This document shows positions 57,943-64,000 of a stretch of DNA of 64,000 bases, one piece after another. Positions within the stretch are counted from its first letter, which is position 1. Every line of letters begins with the position of its first letter. Source of the DNA: Candidatus Heimdallarchaeota archaeon (lineage in GTDB: Archaea > Asgardarchaeota > Heimdallarchaeia > Hodarchaeales > Hodarchaeaceae); contig RDOB01000003.1 in the NCBI GenBank assembly GCA_011364965.1, positions 1 to 64,000 on the forward strand, written 5' to 3'. Below the pieces are notes generated by a model. That model worked only from the letters and a program-made list of their open reading frames with translations. It searched no databases and had not been told where the DNA came from. A program made the position numbers and the translations under genes.

Positions 57943-59646
57943 TTAATTCTTCAGTCGTGGGTCTAACGCGTCTCTTAGCGCATCACCCATTAGATTAAAT
58001 CCTAATACAACAACAAATATGGCTAACCCAGGGATGGTCGCAACCCATGGAGCAAATCGTAAGGTGTTACCCGTCATCCCCCATTGAATTGCTGTACCCC
58101 ATGAAACCGCGAGAGGATCTCCAAAACCTAAGAATGATAATCCTGCTTCAATTAGGATGACTGTGGCAGTTCCTAGAGTCGTTTGAACGATTACTGGAGC
58201 AAGAGCATTGGGTAAGAGATGTTTGAACATAATTGTTACATTTGAAACTCCTAATGCTCTCGCAGCTTCAGTATATTCTAATTCTCGCAATGAAAGAAAC
58301 TGTGCTCGGACAACTCGCGCTATCCCTGCCCAACCCAGCACACCTATAATTATCGCCATGAAATATAGACTTATTTGTTCCCATAATGTAATAGCAATCA
58401 ATAATAAGAAGAAAAATGGAATGGCTAAGATAATATCTGTTAATCTCATAAGCACATTATCCCAAAATCCTCCATAATATCCCGCTATTGTACCAACGAT
58501 TATTCCAATCAATGTAGTAATTCCTTGAGCTAAAAATGCAACGGTTAGGGAGGAAGTAGCGCCCCAAATGGTTGCTGCAAGAATGTCGCGCCCTAAAGCA
58601 TCAGTCCCAAACACATGAAATTTGTTAGTGACATAAAAAACCGCTACATATGCCATCCAACCTTCATAAGTTGCAGTATCTTGATCATTCCACCCATCTA
58701 ATGCATTCCAATTCTGATTCGTGGTTCTAAGAGGATCCATCTCTGCAGGTCCAGACCGTGTAACAACATATTGATTAATTCCAGGGAATTCTATATCCAT
58801 AATTTCCGTATCCAAGACAACAGTGTAAGTTGATCCGGTTGTGATTTGGAGTCCTGCTACACTAAACCTAAAATCAATTAACCTTAGGCTAATACTGGGC
58901 CCAGTAGAGACCAAATAGCTTTGAACACTTGAAGATGCAAGATAATTTGCTGAATTCAAATCTGATTCTGCTTCATATAGATAAACCTTAAATTTGCCTC
59001 CCCATACTGATTCTGGAGAATCCACACGAACTGCTAAGAAAATAGATACGAAAGTTAACTTATTTTTAGAAGGATTTATTTGAAAGGCAATTTTTCCTCC
59101 AGTACGATAATCAATAAGAGCACTGCCATTAAATGAAGTTGGTAACCTGAGAGAACCATTTGCATTCAAATAGTCAGCTGGATCCAAAGAACTACTCCAT
59201 AATTCTTCTTCAGTAGTTTCATCAACAATACTATCAATTTTACTAAGTTGTAAATAGTGAGGAAGGGCTGTTGTTGACATACCATTTATGAAATTAAGTT
59301 TATAATTAGCATAAAAAGCAGCAACGGTTTTTTCTAAAGTACTTGCTTCTTGACTTGCAGCTGTATCTTTAGCAGATTCATAGGAAAATGGAGGTGTGAA
59401 TCGAGCTTGTACATTGGATTCTCTTGGCCCAAATGGAACCAATCTCCCCGGTCCTGCGAGGAAAGGGGCAAAAACTCCTACAAAAGTAACAAAGATTATG
59501 ATAAAAAGCCCGAAAACTCCCATTCTATGCCGACGGAATCTTCGCCAAAAAATCATAATTCGTCCTGCACGTCTTCTTTTCTCCTTTTCTTTTTCAAAGG
59601 CCTCTAATCTCTCATCGTCAATAACGATTTTTCCTTCTTTACTCAT
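57943..59646 (-). CDS. OppC/DppC-type permease with a large extracellular insertion
   Basis: WRRFRRH N-terminus, GTDALGRD, EAARALG, HLLPN, EAGLSFLG and GDALRDALDP motifs. Confidence 0.92.
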   Translation of the reverse strand: MSKEGKIVIDDERLEAFEKEKEKRRRAGRIMIFWRRFRRHRMGVFGLFIIIFVTFVGVFAPFLAGPGRLVPFGPRESNVQARFTPPFSYESAKDTAASQEASTLEKTVAAFYANYKLNFINGMSTTALPHYLQLSKIDSIVDETTEEELWSSSLDPADYLNANGSLRLPTSFNGSALIDYRTGGKIAFQINPSKNKLTFVSIFLAVRVDSPESVWGGKFKVYLYEAESDLNSANYLASSSVQSYLVSTGPSISLRLIDFRFSVAGLQITTGSTYTVVLDTEIMDIEFPGINQYVVTRSGPAEMDPLRTTNQNWNALDGWNDQDTATYEGWMAYVAVFYVTNKFHVFGTDALGRDILAATIWGATSSLTVAFLAQGITTLIGIIVGTIAGYYGGFWDNVLMRLTDIILAIPFFFLLLIAITLWEQISLYFMAIIIGVLGWAGIARVVRAQFLSLRELEYTEAARALGVSNVTIMFKHLLPNALAPVIVQTTLGTATVILIEAGLSFLGFGDPLAVSWGTAIQWGMTGNTLRFAPWVATIPGLAIFVVVLGFNLMGDALRDALDPRLKN

Positions 59647-59665
59647 AAGCTAAACCTCTGTTTCA

Positions 59666-60787
59666 CTAATAACGAATTCTAGGATCCAAAAATGCGTATG
59701 TTATATCAGTAACAAGATTTGAGACAATAACCATGATAGCGATTAACATATTTACTCCCATCATAAAATTATAATCTCTCAAATTAATACGTGCTACTGC
59801 TTCTCGTCCCAATCCAGGCCAAGAGAATACTGTTTCTGTCAAAGCTGCTCCAGCCAGCAAAAAACCGATTGAAAGTCCAACAACTGTAACAACAGGCAAT
59901 AAAGCATTCCTCAATGCGTGTTTATATATAACTAACCTTTCAGGAAGCCCTTTTGATCTTGCAGTCAGAATATAATCTTGTCTTAAAACTTCGAGCATGC
60001 TTGAACGTGTGAGGCGTAATACCAGAGCAGTTCCAGCTAATCCAAGGACTATTGTTGGCAAGATCATATGTGCTAGTTCATCAACTAGAAGTTCTATTGC
60101 TCCTTCATTCCCTGTCAAGGTATAACTTGTGGAACCAAGAGCTGGAAAGCGAATCCCGAAAAATATCTTATAATCAGAGAAAAGTAGAATGAACATAATT
60201 CCTGTCCAAAAAACAGGCATCGAAACACCAAATAAAGCCAAAGTTGTCCCTAAATTGTCTAATCTTGAGTAAGGTTTTCTTGCGGAAAATATTCCCAAAG
60301 GAATGCCAATCATTAGACTCATTAGCAACGATGCTAATTGTAATTTTATTGTTTCCCACGCAAGCGCTCCAATTATTGAATTAATGCTTGATCCTGTAAA
60401 GGATCGTCCCATATTCCCAAAAATGAACCCTGGTTCAAAATTAGAATCAGGAACTCCAAAATCAAGGACTCCTGTATCTTGAATAAACCTAAAAGGAATA
60501 AAAATAACAAAATTCGCAAATTCCTCAAAGAAATTCCCCCAATCCCCTACTTCGGAATTACGTCCTAAGAGCCAAAGGATATACTGTTCCATTGGTTCAC
60601 GATCTAAACCTAGATTATGTCTGATATTTGCAGCCTCTTCTGGAGACATAGTCGGATTTGTAAGCCTGAGGACGTCCACGTAGTCCGCTGGCGCGTTAAT
60701 CATTAAGGCAAATAGGATAATGGAAATTCCTAAGAATAATGGTATACTAAACAATAATCGTCTAATGACGTAATTTCTCAAACTCAT
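59666..60787 (-). CDS. OppB/DppB-type permease
   Basis: YVIRRLL, SMPVFW, RSSMLEVL.QDYI.TARSKGL, HALRNA, ETVFSWPGLG and LDPRIRY motifs. Confidence 0.95.
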   Translation of the reverse strand: MSLRNYVIRRLLFSIPLFLGISIILFALMINAPADYVDVLRLTNPTMSPEEAANIRHNLGLDREPMEQYILWLLGRNSEVGDWGNFFEEFANFVIFIPFRFIQDTGVLDFGVPDSNFEPGFIFGNMGRSFTGSSINSIIGALAWETIKLQLASLLMSLMIGIPLGIFSARKPYSRLDNLGTTLALFGVSMPVFWTGIMFILLFSDYKIFFGIRFPALGSTSYTLTGNEGAIELLVDELAHMILPTIVLGLAGTALVLRLTRSSMLEVLRQDYILTARSKGLPERLVIYKHALRNALLPVVTVVGLSIGFLLAGAALTETVFSWPGLGREAVARINLRDYNFMMGVNMLIAIMVIVSNLVTDITYAFLDPRIRY

Positions 60788-61110
60788 TTTTTATTCCACT
60801 CATTTACTCTGATTTCTAAATTAAAATCTTGATTAATTTTTAAATCGATTTGTTTAGATTTACGAAGATAGAATATTAATGCTTTTATAAATAAGTACCT
60901 ATCCCTGCAGGATTCTGCAAGTTCTTTATTCAATACCCTCAAACAATTATTAGCAAAGTAATTAACCATTGTAAATACTAATGAACCCATTAAATTGTTA
61001 ACAGAGATTTTATAATCAAGCCTCAACAAATCAAGCAGATATAATTAAAAGGATAGCAATCTGGTTTAATCATTTACTATTTTGCATTTCTCTTTAGAGA
61101 AAATCCTGTT

Positions 61111-61350
61111 CTAATCTTGAACTATAACCATTGTAAGAGTGGATCGCACACCTTTAGCTTGGCGTATCTGATTTATCACCATATCTTTAAGAATCTTCAT
61201 GGTATCCGCTGATACTTTAGCCACTAGATCATAAACGCCATATACAACATAGGCTTCATCAACTTTGATTTCTTCCTTTAAAAATCGCAGTACTTCGTCC
61301 TCTTCTCCAATTTCCGCATTCACCATGACAAAAGCTGTTGGTCGGCTCAT
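61111..61350 (-). CDS. Stand-alone Lrp/AsnC ligand-binding (RAM) domain protein
   Basis: AFVMVN, VYGVYDLVAKV and IR...GV.STLT motifs. No HTH. Confidence 0.9.
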   Translation of the reverse strand: MSRPTAFVMVNAEIGEEDEVLRFLKEEIKVDEAYVVYGVYDLVAKVSADTMKILKDMVINQIRQAKGVRSTLTMVIVQD

Positions 61351-61749
61351 TAACTTTTCACGTACCTTATTTCAGATTTCCTTTAGGAAAAATGATTTTC
61401 TATCATATTTTCCTTGATAGAGACCGAATGCAAATTTCTATATTAAAAATTCTTTGTGAATAGTAAAAAGAGAATTTTGATTTTTTATGAAATAAGTTGA
61501 GAAAGTTAATAAATAAATTATAAGAGTAAAGCTACCTATAATTTGAAAACAAAAGAATGTAAAGTCAATAAATGAGTAATAAGAATGTAATGATAGGTCG
61601 TATGCTTTATTAAAACACATCTAATTAAAAAAAGGTTACAACTAAATATAGTTTAGACTAAGTAACATTCCTCCAATATAGTAATCTTTTTCAGAAGAAT
61701 TTACATTATTAAGCTAGAATTCTTTTTCTTAAATTTATCGTGATGTAAT

Positions 61750-62262
61750 ATGGAATTTAATTTAGATGAGACAATAGAACTTTTATCTCGGACTCCGAAG
61801 GTCGTACGTGATTTGTTGGGTGGACTCAGCAATAACTGGGTTGATTTTCGGAAACACAAAACAGCATTTTCCCCTTCTGAGGTCATCGGCCACCTCATTG
61901 CTGGAGAGCAAACTGATTGGATTCCTAGAATGAAAATCATGTTATCAATAGAAGGATCCAAAAATTTCCCCCCTTTTATTCGTGAAAGCTTCGATAAGCA
62001 CCTAAGTCTTGAGGAACGATTGGATCAATTCGAAACTCTTCGCATGCAAAATCTCGAGACTTTAAAAAACTCTGTATCAACAAATGATCTCCAAAAAACT
62101 GGTTTTCATCCTGATTTTGGAGAAGTTACATTACAGCAGCATTTAGCTACTTGGGTTGTGCATGATTTGACACATATTTTCCAAATTACTGAATCCTTAG
62201 CTTTATGTTACAAAGATGCAGTAGGGCCTTGGATCAAATATTTAAGACTTCTTAATGTTTAA
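61750..62262 (+). CDS. DinB/YfiT-family metal-dependent protein
   Basis: LSRTP, EVIGHL..GE..DW..R, G.HP.FG.VTL and WVVHDLTH motifs. Confidence 0.88.
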   Translation: MEFNLDETIELLSRTPKVVRDLLGGLSNNWVDFRKHKTAFSPSEVIGHLIAGEQTDWIPRMKIMLSIEGSKNFPPFIRESFDKHLSLEERLDQFETLRMQNLETLKNSVSTNDLQKTGFHPDFGEVTLQQHLATWVVHDLTHIFQITESLALCYKDAVGPWIKYLRLLNV

Positions 62263-62578
62263 TAACAATTCAAATTATTATATATAGCAGGATTGGAAAA
62301 AATTAAAGGGTGTTTTTCTTTTCTAAAAATATTAACCCGCCTCTAATCACATATATTAATACATAAAGGTCTATTTTCGATTTTTATTAATTTTAATGAT
62401 TACTACAATCTTCTCAATATGAAAATTCTCATCGTACATAATTTCTATTCATACTATATCTATATAAATGATAAAAAAACCCATTTTCTCCATACATATT
62501 TTGGAGTTTTGCTACTTGAAATAGTGCAGAATCTACATTATCATTTTTTTTCTTTTTATTTGCTTTGGAGACGCGAGT

Positions 62579-63862
62579 ATGGACACTATAAGAGAGAAGT
62601 TGCAGATAACTGAAAAGAATTTATTGGAAATAAATAAATTCTTGTTAAACAAAAATAATCCTCTAATTAATGATTTATTTGAGGTCATTGACAAGTATGG
62701 AGGCATTAACGAGATTAACCGAAAAGCTAAAGAAGCTAGGCAGCTGGAAGGATTAATCGATCGGTTAGAAAGAAAGCAACCTGATTATGTTAAGGATCTT
62801 AATTGGTTAATAAATAAACGTGATCAAGAAGCCTTTATAAGTATAGATGAATATAGAAAAAAGGTTTTAGAAGAAAAATATGCATCGACTACATTTGATG
62901 ACTCATTCGCTGTCACATTAGAACTCTCTGCATGTCAATATTTCCCATTTCTCATCGTTGGAGCTCAGCAGGCTATTGAAAAAGCAGAACTGATGCCCGG
63001 TCGAATCATTCGTGTTCGTAGAATGAAAGAACAAGAGGAAGATGGGGATCTCCTAGCTATGGCGGCAGCAATGCAGATAATTGGAGCCTCTTATGTTGAA
63101 ACACTTGATACAAAAGGAACGAGTCCTGGTCCTGATGGTGCTCCTGTAAATATTCATCTTGGAGGCCCAGAAACTATTACAGGATATTTTGGGGGAGTAG
63201 GGCAACCAAATACATTTGCCTTGAAATGGATCGATGAATTCTTATATTATTATACTAATTATGGAGTTAAACAAGTCCTGAATATTAACCCAGGGACAGT
63301 TCTTTTGGGTTACATGCTTTATAAACTTGGAATCGATAATGAATTCAAAATCTCGGTTTATATGGGTAACGATAATCCTTATAGCTGCTTATGGACCTTA
63401 ATGACAGCAAAGCTCTTTTCTCGAGATGATGGAACAAGCCCTTTAATTGGATTTAATCTTTCAAACGCGGTAGATAACACCACACTAGAGCTTAGTGCTT
63501 ATATTCGAAAGGAGTTTGGATTTGAAGACGTCGTTCGCTTAGAACATCATATCATTGAAACAATCAAATCAATTGTTCGGCAACCTTATGACCGGACAGA
63601 GGAATTAATAGAGCTTGCAAAACGCGTGAAGAATATTTCAGCTAAGCATGAGGGTGGACCTGTAGAAATCGATAGTAAACGTGAACACCCTACAGATATT
63701 CTAGATTATTTCAGAGCAAAAGATGAAATTATCAAAGCAGGTCATTGGGAATATTTGAAGATTAATTATTTAGATCGACATGCAGCTGTAAATGCAACCG
63801 CAAAAGCTCTTACCGAGAATGGTATTAGTGTCATTTCTGCTCAGAAATTACACCACCATTAA
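62579..63862 (+). CDS. Conserved-looking hypothetical enzyme of unknown function
   Basis: A long, soluble 427 aa ORF with enzyme-like motifs (VETLDTKG, NIHLGG..TITGYFGG, RLEHH, SAKHEGG). I cannot name a family. Confidence 0.75.
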   Translation: MDTIREKLQITEKNLLEINKFLLNKNNPLINDLFEVIDKYGGINEINRKAKEARQLEGLIDRLERKQPDYVKDLNWLINKRDQEAFISIDEYRKKVLEEKYASTTFDDSFAVTLELSACQYFPFLIVGAQQAIEKAELMPGRIIRVRRMKEQEEDGDLLAMAAAMQIIGASYVETLDTKGTSPGPDGAPVNIHLGGPETITGYFGGVGQPNTFALKWIDEFLYYYTNYGVKQVLNINPGTVLLGYMLYKLGIDNEFKISVYMGNDNPYSCLWTLMTAKLFSRDDGTSPLIGFNLSNAVDNTTLELSAYIRKEFGFEDVVRLEHHIIETIKSIVRQPYDRTEELIELAKRVKNISAKHEGGPVEIDSKREHPTDILDYFRAKDEIIKAGHWEYLKINYLDRHAAVNATAKALTENGISVISAQKLHHH

Positions 63863-63878
63863 CTCTCAAGTGATTATA

Positions 63879-64000
63879 ATGGTTAATTATGAGGTTTTAA
63901 GAGAGACTGGTGCTGGAATTTTCAAAGTATTAGCAAAAGCCAAAGCTCTAGAAAGAGAAGGAAAGAAAATTCTACATTTCGAAATTGGCCAACCAGATCA
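63879..64000 (+). CDS. Class I/II PLP aminotransferase, 3'-truncated by window edge
   Basis: MVNYEVLRETGAGIFKVLAKAKALEREGKKILHFEIGQPD matches the aspartate aminotransferase N-terminus. Confidence 0.8.
   Translation, partial: MVNYEVLRETGAGIFKVLAKAKALEREGKKILHFEIGQPD

Noticed and set aside
60784-61620. ORFs 60784-61029 and 61438-61620
   Set aside because: AT-rich, low-complexity translations in promoter-like regions, likely spurious.

Overview
This is a 64 kb, AT-rich, gene-dense prokaryotic chromosomal segment. It most likely comes from an Asgard archaeon, plausibly Heimdallarchaeia. That assignment is an inference from archaeal GGTGA/GGAGG ribosome-binding sites, a longin-like+V4R fusion, several 7TM proteins, and many secreted proteins ending in a PGF/PEF-like motif + TM helix + basic tail. 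I found no rRNA, tRNA, CRISPR array or transposase. Main contents: a DUF134 / NifB-NifX / MinD-4Fe4S operon; a 7TM-DHp protein plus receiver; several surface-anchored hydrolases; two convergent N6-adenine methyltransferases lacking nuclease domains; a heterodimeric ABC exporter with a divergent tandem-RHH regulator; ccdA/tlpA; nhaA; a MacB/FtsX-type ABC operon; an Ste24-like protease; cysS; and an Opp/Dpp-type importer. The most notable observations are: (1) the Opp system is remodelled, with a circularly permuted, C-terminally anchored binding protein, an ATPase carrying a 4-TM insertion inside its nucleotide-binding domain, and a permease with a ~255 aa extracellular insertion; (2) an operon of two paralogous 3-TM proteins plus a longin-V4R (TRAPP-like) fusion; (3) a signal peptide-FKBP-like-TM-C4C4 RING-like protein; (4) at least three genes whose conserved N-termini require non-canonical (ATT/ACG) starts. 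All calls come from reading motifs by eye; no database search was run.
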